A DNA stretch of 64,000 bases from Bugula neritina (lineage: Eukaryota; Animalia; Bryozoa). The stretch covers positions 12,492,633-12,556,632 of the forward strand of contig OZ037769.1 in NCBI GenBank assembly GCA_964035545.1. The letters run 5' to 3'. This document shows positions 35,930-50,400 of the stretch, piece by piece. Under the pieces are notes generated by a model. The model searched no databases. It was not told the DNA's origin and worked only from the letters and a program-made list of their open reading frames with translations. The position numbers and the translations under genes were made by a program. How positions within the stretch are numbered: the first letter of the stretch is position 1; every line of letters starts with the position of its first letter.

Positions 35930-37964
35930 TTTCAGTCAACAGCTAACTATGCTTTCCCTAAATGTAGTAAAGTTACCGGTACTACATTGTGCAATGCTAG
36001 ACAATGCATTTCTCAAATTCAAATTATTAATTGTTGAAATTTGTAAAAAAAGATGATGAATCAATTAAAATGCATGCATAAATATTAAAACAACTCCTTA
36101 CAATATGATACCATCAATCTATTGTAGTTGCAACAAGAAACATGTGTTCTCATTTACTGTTGTAGATTCTGATAATTTTAAATTTAAAATCAAAAGGAGA
36201 TTTTAAAATTGATGCTTTGTGGGTAATATATAGTTTTTCAATATCCCTGATTTTCATTTTATGGTTAGGAGTTGTGTGCACCAGCGAGTTTGTCATTCTA
36301 CCTAATAATTTAATAGAGAAGTGTCACCAAAGTCTTTAAGGTTAACTACTATATAGAAAAAGCTAATTACTCTATAGAATTGTGCGTTCAAGATTTTTAA
36401 TAGTAGCAGACATGTTTGTATTTTTAGAATTTGGTAAAAAAGCATTTCTTCAAGGTAAAGTTTATTGGAAAAATAAACTTGAAAACCTTTTTGTGTTATT
36501 TTTTATGAAGTAAATTGGTGTCACCACGTTGGTCGCTTTGTCACCAGTATGATATATTCACTTTCATCTCTCTTGTCACTAGAATAATCAAGTTACATTG
36601 TATGCAAGAGTCAGCTGTATAGATCCATGTAAGCTGATAGTTGGCACTGCACATACTTGCCAGATAATGTAATGTATGGTGCAATGGCTTAGTTTTAATT
36701 ATTGGGTTTTAGTATTTAATTAAATTATTTTGAAGGCTTAGTGCTGCATTAACTTCATAGAGCTTCACAGCTTTATAATAAAGTACTTATTATTATAGTA
36801 TTAATTGTTGAGGACTTACTTGGCCAAACTTATTTAACCTTAATTGCAGGTATTGCAAGTTGTTTACAGTATTAAGCATTATGCACAGTGATTCCAAATT
36901 ACATGCTTGTTACCCCCATTATCATATCCTAAGCTACATGTATATTATATTTCAAATTTATAAGAATACATATCAATTGTGAATGCTGGAGCGTCACCCC
37001 ACATTTGTTCTATCTAGTTTCCAAAGCTTGGCAATGTTTTACCAAGACATTTATTATGCACTTGATTGATATTTTGCCAATATATATTAAACTTCAACTT
37101 TGTTAGAGTAGTGCAGAATGCTACATGGGAAAAAGTTACTGCTTACTATTTAGTAACTTTGGCTTAATGTGGGGAACAGGACAAATTCTACCAAAGCTTT
37201 TTTGTGAATCTCAACAAAAATACTTTATTCATGTATAAAATGCGTAGATTTATATTATATTAGTACTGTCTATCATCACTCTTTATGTGAAGGAGCGAGA
37301 TTAAATAATATCAAGTAGTTGTTCCTACTATAAGCTACTGTTATTTTCCCCATTGAAATATAACTCAATTTAATTTAGTGCTTCTCTTGTAGGACATATT
37401 ATTACTATTGGAGATAATAACTGTTAAACAACATAGATAGGGAATTATTATTGAAAGTCAATTAATTAAGTTTTAACAGACAACAATTGGAGGCTACCAC
37501 AATCCGAATTTCGTGGACAGCCAAGGTTTCAAACTTGCCATAGAGTTGTCTTCTCTCGAATAACATAACTAGCTCTCCATAGCAAAGTTATATTGAAATG
37601 CTGAGGTTGAAATGAATTTTTATTACCAATAAAATAATAATTATAACAATACCAATAATGTGCTTATTGTGTGATAATTATTCGTGATTAAATTCAAACT
37701 ATAGGGCTTGGGGTTTGTAAATTACGCCACTCGTCATGTCTCTTCTGCAGCTGAAGATCCCAATCTATCACATAGCGACTAGATTATTATTATTAATTGA
37801 AGAAAACTATTACAATTATTATTATAAAATAATAAATATTTATAATCATCATTATTATTTTGATTATCAATATGTGCTTATGTTTGTCAGTCGCTTGGCG
37901 ATTAGTAGCAAATGTAAACATATAATTTTATAACACCAACAGCTATAAGATTAGGTATATTACC

Positions 37965-38260
37965 TACTATAACTATTACTATTAGTATTACTATTACTAT
38001 TAGTATTACTATTAGTATTAGTATTAGTAGTAATACTACTAGTACTAGTACTACTACTAGTAGAGTACTAGTACAGTAGACTAGTAGTACTAGTAGTAGT
38101 ACTACTACTAGTAGAGTACTAGTACAGTAGACTAGTAGTACTAGTAGTAGTACTACTACTAGTAGAGTACTAGTACAGTAGACTAGTAGTACTACTAGTA
38201 GTAGTACTACTACTACTAGTAGTAGTAGTACTACTACTAGTACTAGTAGTAGTAGTAGTC
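37965..38260. repeat. (TAG/TAC)-based low-complexity satellite with a ~48-bp unit repeated about 3 times
   Basis: TACTACTAGTAGAGTACTAGTACAGTAGACTAGTAG recurs three times. Confidence 0.9.
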
Positions 38261-39125
38261 ATACGGAAAACAGGTTGAATTACTATTAGTATTACTATGA
38301 GTATGTAATTTACATACTCCTAGTCATACTCATAGTAAATGCTATACCCATAGTCATACTCATAATGATAATCATAATGAATTAGTCAATAAGTTCTAAA
38401 GTGATATTGATACTCACACTGCTATTTGTAAATCATAATATTATTATTAAAACAAAAATACTAATGAAACATAATAATAATATTTAAGTTCATTATAGCT
38501 GGTGTGGCTTAAAACAATTTTTAGATAATACTTTTAAAACTTGTATAACTATAAGTTATACTTATACTTATAGTATTCTATTTCCTGTATTCATGTTGTG
38601 TATTAAAATCATTATGAATAATTATCATTATGTGTTATTAGGAATGATATTTGTACAACGTTATTATAATCACAAGTTAAGATATTAATTGAACTACTAC
38701 TAGTACTAATAGTAATATTGTAGTAAGTTTAATAAAGTACAAGTTAAACTAGAAATTCGTCAAGCTGATATATCATTATTAATATTACTAGGACTATAAA
38801 ATTATCTATAATCAATAATCAATAATATTAGTATTAAATTTCATATCTTGGCCATCGATAATATTTCTAAAAGTGGCAAGCTGTTTGTGTTAGTGTTAGT
38901 AACTATGTGTTAGTGTTACTATTAGTATTACTATTTTACTTGCACTATAACTCATTATTAATAGGAATACTAGTAGCCTGTAAGAGTAGTAATATTATCA
39001 GTGTGAGTATAACTATAAGAATAAAACCAAGTATCATTATCATTATGATTTTAATTATTACTATCAAAAATATTTTTTATATTTTCAAATGTAGAAGATG
39101 CATCTTGTATTGTGAAGCTCCAGGC

Positions 39126-41981
39126 ATGGATATTAGACAGTTGATATCGAGCAATATAGACTTGCTTGCTTCTTCTCTTGCTCACCCTTCTACGGAATTT
39201 ATGTATTATCTTCTTGGAAAGCAACTGATCAGTCATGTAGAAGTGAAGAAGCACAGAGAAATTGGCATCACAATTCCTCAAGTGGAGCACTTAGTCAGGT
39301 GTGCTTCTGCTTTTTTTACACTTAATATGGATTTTAACATATGCTAATATTTTACTAGTAAATTGGGTGGAAAAGCTTATTTATTAAGTATTCTTGTATA
39401 ACTTACCTTTGAGTATTACGTTGCAATTATTTTTGTATCTACCACAACAGTAAATTTCCAACAACAATTGTGCATTTAACTGTAAGTCAGATGCTGTAGA
39501 TGGTTATAATAACTGATATAATATTTTGAAGCTTTGTTTACATGTTAAAAATTATATGTAAAAAATTTGTTTATTTCATCTACAATGAAGATAGTTTTAA
39601 AATGTTTTGATGGATGTTTTCTAAGCCATCTTCGAAGTCAATAAAATCAAAAATGTTTTTCTTGAAAACAACATCGTCTTTTTCAATTTTACCACTTATT
39701 GTTATCAATGTGCTTCTAATAATAACTGCATCTTATGCGGCATTTATTGCTCTGCTTGTAGTCTGATATGCAGACGCACAGACACGGATTTAGCCAATGA
39801 GTTTGTTAAATGGCTGGATATAACTGAACAGTTTGAGTTAAGAGATAAAATAGTAGGTACGGCTGCTCCGGCAGCCAAGGGTGATGACGTGAAACCGTCC
39901 CAAGTTCTGACATTCGAGGAGGACAACGGAGAATCTGAGTGCGAGAGTCTGTCGCCAGACACCACTTCTGTGTTGAACATCGATGGAACTCGACCTTCAC
40001 CGGACTATGTTGAACAAGTGGTAAGTATACTTTTGTCTCTTTTGTGACGTTTAAAACATTTGCTAGCCATTACTTGATACTAGTGTTAAAATTGCTTGAA
40101 AAGTGTCAAATTACAACTCTTTGCAGAAAAATTATATTCTCAAAGAAAAAAACTTGATTTGCTTAGAATAAATGTTATAGTGAAGGAATAGCGTGCTAAT
40201 ATTATTATTTGAACCTTTACACTACCTACCCGACTAGCGTCAATAAAGAGAGAACTAAATGCTGAGTTTAAGTTGACCTATGCAGTGTCACATGTTCTGT
40301 TGAGGTTTATACCACCATATGGACATTTCATTTTATTTGATAAATTTAACATATAGCTAAAATACAATAATAATGTATTTAATGTAAGTTAATAATAATA
40401 TAAATGTTATAGATCCTTTATAATTATTTTATGTGTCTCCTTTGTGAAGTTGGCAATCTCAATAATTCAGCTACTATTGTAGTAATGTGAACTGTTTTTT
40501 GCATATGAAAAGCTTTACTATAACCCAAGCATTATAATTTTTTCAATAAATATTTATTTCTATTGTTCTAAACTTTTGATGATCTTCAAAAAAAAATTTG
40601 CAAAAGTTTTATGGCACTGAGCATTTTTTATAAAACTTAAAATTTGGTAAATCCATCTTGAAATACCATAAAACAAATTGTATTGTCTAAAACATGTTTG
40701 TGAAAGAATATTCATTATGCACTTTTACTTTGTTGTGTGCACATTGTTAAGTTTAAATGATTCTCAAGCTTTTTAACGATACAAAAAATTAAGAAGATCT
40801 TTGAATGGTAAAAATAGTGTTCTTTATAACATTCAATTTCAGTTTTTTGTTCATTGTGTGTAATCTGTAAACACATTTCGCAGACGAGTGACACAGAAAA
40901 TGTGTATCCCGTATCGTCCCCTACCCGCGGTGTAGCTATGATAGTTGTGAATGAGAAGTCTGCAAGTTTTCAGAGAGAAGGCTCGGAGTACGACAGAATG
41001 AACCTGAATAAGTTGTTCACATGGCTGGGTTACCAGGTGCTGCAGTTCAAGTGAGTTATGTTGACTTGTTATACTAATAGACTGAGATTCCAGTTACAGC
41101 CCTCTTTGAGGAGCCGCTTAGAATCATATCTACCTAAAGTGAGTTATAGGTTTAGTTTTGTAGCCTACACTTAAAACTGTTCAGTATAGTTGCATACTTT
41201 ATATTCAACATGATGAAACTAGTTTTAGCAAAGCTCCAGTCCTAACTATTGTCTGTGAGCTGCCAATATTGAGATATTAGCCATTAACTGGTATATTCTT
41301 GATTTCAGTAACATGACAGCCACTGAGTTGACCAAGAAGCTACATGATCTTGCGAGAAATCCCGAGCACCATTGTCATAGTTCATTCGTGCTTTGCTTGT
41401 TGACTGGAGGCAACTCTGAAACTGTTGTCATGGCAGACAACTCCAAACTAAACACAGACGAAATTCTAGACAGACTCGATAGCAACCATTTTCCTGCCAT
41501 GGCGGGTAAACCAAAGTTTGTGTTCTTTGATGTTGACAGCCCAAATTCAATGAAGGACACAGGAATACGAGTTCCTAAAGACACTCATGAGGAATTATGG
41601 GACAGACGTACAGGAGACCTCAAACCGATTCAGGTCCGATCACGAAATTCAACAAGTCAACAAAATATAGTGAGGCAGAGGGACACGTCTGCGCCTATAG
41701 TGACAGATTACATCAGCTCTGTGGCTCGAAAAGCTGATTTTGTTATTTTCTTAGCCTCATTTCCACAGTATAAAGCCCTTCATAATTTGCATGTGGGTAG
41801 CATAGCTACTCGTGTATTGGTGGAAGTTTTCTACAAACATGCTCACAGCCATCATATACTACTTCTGGGGCAAAAAATAAGGCGCAAACTCAGTTCCAAA
41901 AACCTTCAAAAGATGAAGCAGGTTTTGACCACTATAGATACATTGAGTAAGGACTTCTATTTATTTCCCCCAACCTCTTGA
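39126..41981 (+). CDS. CARD-containing caspase homologue lacking the catalytic His and Cys (pseudo-caspase), ~423 aa
   Basis: Exons 39126-39298, 39762-40020, 40884-41050, 41309-41981 (1272 nt, in frame). N-terminal ~90-aa CARD-like helical region. p20 motifs YPVSSPTRGVAMIVVN, REGSEYD, LFTWLGYQV, FVLCLLTGG (normally SHG), GKPKFVFFDVDSP (normally QACRG). p10 motifs ADFVIFLASFPQY, GS, TLSKDFYLFP. Confidence 0.9.
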
Positions 41982-44104
41982 ATGTGTAGAATTTACACAG
42001 TGATGGGTTTTTGGTACTGTTATGCTAGTTTTCAACAGCTTACAATGATAATCCTCCAGTGTGAATTTCATGCTATGGCCCCAAATTTTGTTTTTTACTA
42101 TGTTTACATTTCATTTTTTACTAAATAAAACTATCAATATTTTGAAATGTTTGTTTTTGTCATAAGTATGCCCAATAAACTAAAACTTATAGTTCAATGA
42201 ATATGTCCACATGTAGGGACACTATACATAGTTAGCAACAGTGTAAATAATTCTCCACATTCTCACAATAATTCTTAATTTCTAAAAGCTCTGGAGTAGT
42301 AATCTAATACATTACTAACTGCACTAGAATATTTTATTTTATATATCTCAATTGAGGGAAGAAGCACTAAGTTTATGGGCTCTGTGTAATTATAAAATTA
42401 TGGGTTTTAATCAATGCAATAGTGTTCAAACTGTAGTGAAGCAATAAAAGGATGTGTTGGTAGACATGAAACCAATTTAATTTATATATTTATACATACA
42501 AGAGAGAAAAGTCGTGTACACTTCAGTTAAAACAAGTGTTGGCAAAATCTACAGACATGATGAAATTTGTGATACAAAAACTTGACAATCTATGGCTAAA
42601 CATAATCAAAACTACACAGCGCAAGGCAAAAACCACTCTACCAGCAACAGTAGAGCTGATAAAATCACAAAATATTTTTTTAAAATGGTAAGTATAGCTT
42701 AATTAGCATAGAAAATATAATGATGGTTAAATATATATCTTTCAAAAAAACCTTACTACCGTGCGATAACTCAAGAAAAATGTAATGGTTTAGTACGTAA
42801 CACCAATAGATATTTCTGAATGGTAACTGCAATTTCCTAATTTTCTAGGTCAAAGTGGATACAAAGAAAACATTGGTTACTATAACAGCTTAGCCTGTGA
42901 AACAGCATACAGTCAATGAAGGTAAGCAAGCTCACAGTCTAACCTTGGAAGTTGGTATCAGTACTACAAAGGCTATGTTACAGACTATCATAGGTATTAT
43001 ATTCATGCCAATATTGTATTTATCGTAACAAAAATATAGCTCTATGGAGAAGTTGGATATTAGTTAATATAATTATGATGGAGGTTATTTGTCAGCTAAA
43101 AGGATTGAACGGTAGAAACTGGGCTAGAAGTTGGTATAAATTACATAACGTGAAGTATACTTTGATATCATAATCCATGCATTTCTCATGAAACTACCAG
43201 CCATACTACAAGCTACATAAATCTTTACATCGTTGTGATATTACGTATGATACAACTCGCTACACAATTAAAATCCCTCAACAATTATCTCAGTTGTGAG
43301 AAAAGTTGGGTTTAAAGAGTAAGTAATAAAAATGTTGGCTTGAGAGACATAAAGATACCTATGCATAACATACAAACTGAGTGGTAAACCATATACATCT
43401 GTACAACACAACTAATGCAGTCTATGTTACGATTAACCAATTAGGAAACACACATTAATTTTGACTTTTAAAAACTCACTCCCAGCACTGATAAAATAAA
43501 CACTAGTTTATAAAAATTACAATTGAAAGGGTTAATATTGAGAACACAATGACCTGTCCCAACAAACAAGGTGATAGCCATATTATGTAATTTGTAAAGA
43601 AAGATAAATACCAACACTCATATTACCATCTAAATAATGTAAACCAAATAAAAATCATGACAAAGTTAATCAGTTATTATCAATTTAAAACAGTACCAAA
43701 AATCCCGTAATAGGCTTAGTAATAAAAGAGCATGTGAAAATATTAAAATTACCCATTGCCTTCTTTGTAAAGAGAATGGTCAATGTTTTGCGATCTCACT
43801 AAAAGTATAATGATTCTATAAATATGATCATTTTAACACACAAATCTAAAATAATTAAAGCATGAAACAATATTAACTTATCTAACCACAATAACATTAG
43901 TAGGTGTTGTCTCCCCTATTAGGAGCTGTGTTTGTCATTAAGTCTAGCATGTAAGTCGGAGTAGACTCTGGTTCCTGCAAAAATGGAAGACAACTCTTGT
44001 TAATTACAACGGATGGCAAGGAAAGTAGGAACTGAGGCTATATAAAAAGGGAATTCAATTTTGCCCTCAATACAGACAGCTCTATGCAAATAATTCTATA
44101 GTCA

Positions 44105-44139
44105 TACTAGAGTACTACTACTGCTAGTACTACTACTAC

Positions 44140-44179
<40 letters not shown>

Positions 44180-44205
44180 GGCAGTAGTAGAACATAGTAC
44201 TAGTA
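44105..44205. repeat. (TAG)n/(TAC)n microsatellite
   Basis: Directly visible; lies in the putative 3' UTR intron of the RBMS-like gene. Confidence 0.9.
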
Positions 44206-44426
44206 GGATTAAAGAGTCATTATCTCACAGATCAGTGGATTCCTACACTCAGCATAATATAAAGTCATCAGCCATCACAAAATAAAACTGCAGTTACATA
44301 AATCTTTTCAGAAGAGAGAATATAAGAAAACATTGAGAGTATAAATAGAGATGGTTTCATTGACTAATACACTGACATTCCTAGTCCAACACTAACTGGT
44401 TTAGCTAAACGTACTATGAAGCTTAC

Positions 44427-47400
44427 TTAAGAGAAGTTGTAGTGCTCATTCCCATCCAGCTGCTGAGGGGGAGATGTAGAAATGTCGTAAGGCAGCTGCT
44501 GAGGTGGTAATAGTCCAGTCTGACCTCCCGGACCTCCATACTGGGCCGATCCTAGCTGCTGGCTGTACCCAATCTGGCTGTTGTACTGAATAACACACAA
44601 CATTATTACAGCTGCAGTCAAACTAAGAAAAACATGTTTTTTAAAACCTCCACAGCTCAAAGGTGTAGTGCACAGTGTTTATATCCAAATGTCTATGGTT
44701 ACTAGCATAGTACCAGGAGAAAATACCATGACATAAGCCTCTATGGCTGCTAACACTCTTTTACTTTGAACTAATAGTTTTTGAAACAAATTCTAACTAA
44801 CATTCCAGAGGAACTCTAAACCTGTGAATAAACTATGAACGTAGTTGGTGGTGGGCTACTCACGCTTTGTCCAAGGTGCATCTGCGAGAGCTGGGAGGCC
44901 AGGTAGTTGGGGTCTACGGAGCCTGGCAGAGAGGCGGGCAGGGATCCAGGTAGAGAGTTCGGGTTCACAGGAGACATGGCCATCTGGGGGTACATGGGAT
45001 TCATACCTGCAGGGCAGAAAGAGTGCTACAAATCATGCACTCGGCTTTGGGTTTAAACTCTAGTTTGAAAATTTGAAGGAAGCCTTCTGTACTTCATCTG
45101 CCAGCAGTTTGAGAATGAAAAGCTCGAAATAAATTTTAAATTGCAATCTGTAAGACATGATAGAAATATCTTCAAGCATTTTAAAACCGGGTCTTTAAAA
45201 ACTCAAACCCCAAAGCCAAGAAAAAGTAACAATTAACCATTCACCTAAATAACAATCGAGATTTAAAAGAGCATTTGGTGAAAGAAAGGTTTACATGTTT
45301 CTCAAGATTATTGAAGAGTGATATAGAACCAGCCCTGTTGCTATAGACTATAGAGAATGCTGACAAAAGGTCACAGGGGTTATGGCTTGAGCTGTCAGCT
45401 GATTACCACAGAGTCAGCATACAAGTTTGAGTTTAAACTCTGGGCTTTAGTTTCTAGGATTAGAATGAAATTTAAACCTCGAGCCACAAAGCTAACCTGC
45501 TGTGATGTTACCTTGGAATGTCCTTGAACCGACAAACGCCATTTAATGGGAGTACAACTATTACATTATAAATACTTATTTGTTTTATTTTCAATTTCTT
45601 TGCCACAACGGGAAGTAGTAGCATGCTCAAAGTAGTATACCTGTAACTCTAAACTAGACACAACTGATTGAGAGTGAAGACCAGCTGGAGAGCTACTCAC
45701 CCCAGTTACCTGCTCCAGCTCCTTGCATATACTGACTCTGGTTGCTGCTGCCTGGAATAGAGTAGCCACGCGGTGTTAAGTTCATGCTGCCTTGGCCCAT
45801 GATCTGGTGTCCCATCGGCCTGTAAAACCAATTCTCTCCTTTACTGTCCAGCATAATAGCATACAAAACATTTTCAAGAAACGAAGCACTAAGTATTACA
45901 GAGTACAACCAGCATAAGACACAGGAGTTTATTACAATAAAAACTGAACAAGAAATCGGCTTCTGCTTAAAAAAAATAGAATAGCCCAAAGAACAAAAAA
46001 TATCTGCCAATAGTGACAGCCACACAGGTGGGGGGGGTGCTACTCACCCGTGCTGCATTCCACCGTCGTAGCCGCCCATCATGTGCTGATTTCTGATGTC
46101 TCTCTTCTTCTTGTTCCCAGAGTCAGCGAACTTGATGAGCAGCGGCTCCTGGCTGGCCGGCAGCACCTTCTTGTTCAGCGAGTGGATGATCTTCTCGCAC
46201 ATCTCTCTCGTCTCCATGCGGCAGAATCCCACGCCTCTAGACTGAGAACCTGACGGAGAATACTCGTCTGTTTCAGTGGGGGAAGAAAAGAAAAAGCTAC
46301 GGATGAGCTAAAGCGGTGTGCTAGCAAGCAGGGTATGTGAGTCACACATTACTTGGCAATCACAGAGTAGAACAACTCAGCAGTGAATAATGCTGTCAAG
46401 AGCTAATATTAGTTGGCAGAAGACAACTACTGAAAGAGCATTGCTTCCTCTACAGATTAATCTTACGGCTAGAAATAAAATTACATGGTATAAAATGTTA
46501 ACTCCTCACACAGATGTTTAGATATGAATCTTTGGGTTAAATAAAACTACACAAACAAATTAATCTATACTAGGAATTAGAAAGCATAAAAGACTAATAA
46601 TTTGGCAAACTTAGAAACTAAAATAGAATTTGTCAGAGGCCAATCCAAAAATTTTGACCGATTAATGCTTTTCTAAGTTCCATTTAGTATTTTATCTTGG
46701 TTAGAGGTGGTGTAACACTAATAGCTGGATGGTTAAAAGACAACAATCCCAGTGCAAATATTAAAAAGCATTACAGCCAATGAAGACAAATCAAACCATT
46801 GCTTTTTAAGACAAAATGCACAAGAAAAATGTAAAATCAAACAGCAAAGCAAAACTTGAAAAGGTAGAAATTAAGAGCAGCACAAGTAGTGCAGGTGCAA
46901 AAAGTGAAGACTACTCCCTGCTATATTACAGAATTGGCTCTCAAAAAGTTTTCAGGTTATAGTAATATGACTAGAATAAATTGAGCTTTAAAATAGTGAT
47001 CATATTTCCAGGAAAAAAACTGAAATACTGTATTTGAACTATTTTTATTAACAATTATGTGGATTTAATTGTAGAAGAATGTAATGTTTTTAACAGTACA
47101 TGATTACAGTGAAAATATTCTTGCAACTATTAATAAAAGTAGCGGACATCATCAAAAGTAGACATGACATCATCAAAATTAGAGATGACATCACCAATAT
47201 AGGTGGAGATAACAAGGAAGTAGTATAATGACTCACTATTGTCACGGAGCACTCTGGTGCTGACGACAGTACCAAAAGGTCGCGTCATCGTCTCCAGGTA
47301 GTTCTCGTCAACGTAGTCCGGCAGGTTGGCGATGTAGAGGTTGGTGGGATCCTGCTCTTGCTGTCAACACAAACAGCATTGCCATAACGTCAGAGTGAGT

Positions 47401-50400
47401 CGAGTTTGGATTATCACGTCAAAATGTACAAAATTGCATTGGAATGAAGTCTGCAGTGATGGGGCCAATGGCATAACGATACTATTGAAATTCATTATTA
47501 TTCTTTACTTTCGGTAGGTATCAATTTAATTTCTTGGATAATTGATACTTTTTAGAAACATAAAAAAACTCTCCTTTGCCAATGAGAAAAAAGCTCAACA
47601 GAAACAGTTACTGTTATTCTTTTCATGTCCCAGAGAGATAATGTAGAAAATATTAGAAAGTTCTGCGCTGCAACTCTAAAGTAGGAAGTGATGTTCACCT
47701 CTGGAGATTAACTAGAAGATGACTGACCTTGCTCACTTTAGCCATCTGTGCCTGTATGCCAGCAGAACTTAAAGCTTGGGTGGCCTTCTCCGCGTCCCCA
47801 GGGTGCTCAAAGTCCACAAACCCATAACCTGGATGCAGAAATTCATGCTTGTATGGTCAAACAATCACAAACTGATCGGCAGTGAAAGCTCCCAACAATA
47901 ATTCACATTTAAACAGTGGCTCAATAAATTACAGGCACTTTTAAAATTCACTATAATTCACAGAATATAAACAGTTATAAATTCAAACAATATAACCACA
48001 TGCATTATACAAGACAACATGTGTAACTGTTTTACAAAAGCTTTCTCACCTTTGCACTTGCCGCTCATTGGGTCTACTATAGCCTTAGTAGATACGATAC
48101 TACCATAGTTGGAGCAGAGGTTGAGCAGGTCCTGGTCGGTGGTGTTAGGAGTCAGCCCCCTGATGTACAGGTTGGTCTTGCTCAGGTTTTCTGGCCCCTG
48201 GTTGTAGGAGTTACGGCCCTGCAAATAATAAGGGAAGATAAATCTCAGATTCCTTAGAGTAGAGCCATTTTGAAACTTGAGAAAATACAGTTGGAATTAA
48301 GCACACGGACCATAAGACTTCACGGGAGCTACAAGCAAGTCCTCAAGATTTTACTTCTAATTACTAATGAAATTGGAAGGATTATTTGATATTTCAGCTC
48401 CTTTAGATAATCAGAAATGAGGCAATTCTACCTGACCAACCAGACCACTGACCCTTAAAGTGTACACATGCTTATAGGAGTTTACAGATGCTTATAGAAG
48501 TTTATAGATGCTTATAGAGACTTATAACTCACCGTGTAGCTGCCGTAAGCAGCGCCCATCTCGTTGTTGTAGTTTCTAGCAGCAGGTTGTCTGGGCTGGA
48601 ACTGCGATGGAGGCCCACCCCAGTTATGCTGAGGGGGAGGACCCCTGGTTATTCTCATAGGTCCACCCTGCTGAGGATTCATAACTACATTTATATGACT
48701 TACACAGTTATGTAGAGTAAGGGACGCGTATGAGCAGCTAGTAGCTAACTAACTAACAGTATTAGTCAACTAGCAGTAAGTATTAGTCAACTAGCAGTTT
48801 GTACTCAGTGAGTATTTTAGTTAGTGACTTAGTCAGATTCTGCTGTCAATATGAGTTGTAATCAGATAGTGAACTGCAGTACTAGGAGCAGACAGTTGTT
48901 AAACCCTAAACTGACCTTGAATACTAAACTTTCTGCAGTATATTACCAGCTGTAAGATTTTATAATCTAAGTAAGAATGCTTTATATAGCACCTTGACTA
49001 CATAGAAAGCTGGACCATTATCCCTTTAGATTTGTATCAAAAAAGCTGTCTAGATATGAAAAGATTATAAAAGGACACAATGCTCAATAGAGAGGAGAAC
49101 AACTACTAAAGTACTAATTGAAACTCACCCCCTGCTGGTGTTGCTGGGGCCTTTCCATTCCTCCTCCACCTCCTCGAGGACTGGACTGCTGGGGCTGCTG
49201 CTGCGGTGGAACTCTCTTCATACCAGGAGACAGAGTCTCGGAGGGTCCAGGTTGGCCCTAAACACCAGTGAAAGTGAGATGCTAGACAGAGTGTGGAATG
49301 CATATAAGCTGGGCATGAGCCAAACTTCAGCAAAACGTTTTAAAATAAGTTTACAAGGATGTGCTTATTCCGTATTTCAAACAATATGAAAGGTAAATTG
49401 AAAATGATTGTATACATAACTTTGTAATTATTTTATACAGAAATATTATGATACCTGTTATAGCTGCAAAAAGCAATACTGCATGTGGTTTAGTTACCAC
49501 ATTCCCTAATGCACACACAATTAGTTAGAGCATCACATTAAACTACAAGATTCTTACTAATCGGAAGAGCAAGTAAACTATATCATTCATCTAACTTCCA
49601 GTGACAAAAGGATGCTCTAGAGGGAGTGAAGGGAAAGGTCAGTAGATACTAACAATTAATATATAATTTATAAAATAACATAGTAGCATTACTGAATGTT
49701 TGCCAAGACTAACGAAGTAGATCAATAATGGGCTCATATGTGCCTAGTTCTGCGTGTCTACAGCCTAGTAACTAACGCTTCGTGTGTACACTTCGCGGCC
49801 TTGAGATACGCTCGAGTACGCACACCGCATACTGTCAAAGGTGCGATTAAATACTCAAGAGATATTCAGCTGTGGTAATCGCGGGCATGTCACGTGACCA
49901 GGCAGGAATTTAGTAAACAAGAAATTTTACATTATCACCAGTCGGTTTGTATAAGGAAATAACAGGCCTTACAAAGAAGGGCAGATTATAAGCATATTCT
50001 TGTTGAAACTTCTAATCAAGTTTATATGTAGGGCAGACGAGTTGAAGTAGGACAAGGTGGTGAAATCATGATGTTATTGTCTGCAATGTCATATGCTGAG
50101 ACTGTTATGTACTGCAAGCATATGCTGAGAACGAATGGGTAGTATATGTAAAGGTTCCTTTTAAATTGTGATTCAGCAACTAAGTTGGAGGTGAAGGGTG
50201 GATCGTTATTCTTACGAATCGGGGAGTTGGAATGCAAAGTCCTAAGGCTACATGTTGTAAGGTACCACTAGGTGCTGGAGCTAATAAAAGTAGAACGTTT
50301 TGAGTTTTAACTGCTGCTGTAGAAAGTGAGCGGGCTGTCTTGTGGATTTGGGGGATATTTTTGATAGAGATGATATGAAAAGTCCATCAGCTTTTAGATG

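Noticed and set aside
39126-41981. Caspase pseudogene, or an active caspase
   Set aside because: No stops or frameshifts and intact splice sites argue against a pseudogene; the missing His/Cys dyad argues against an active enzyme.
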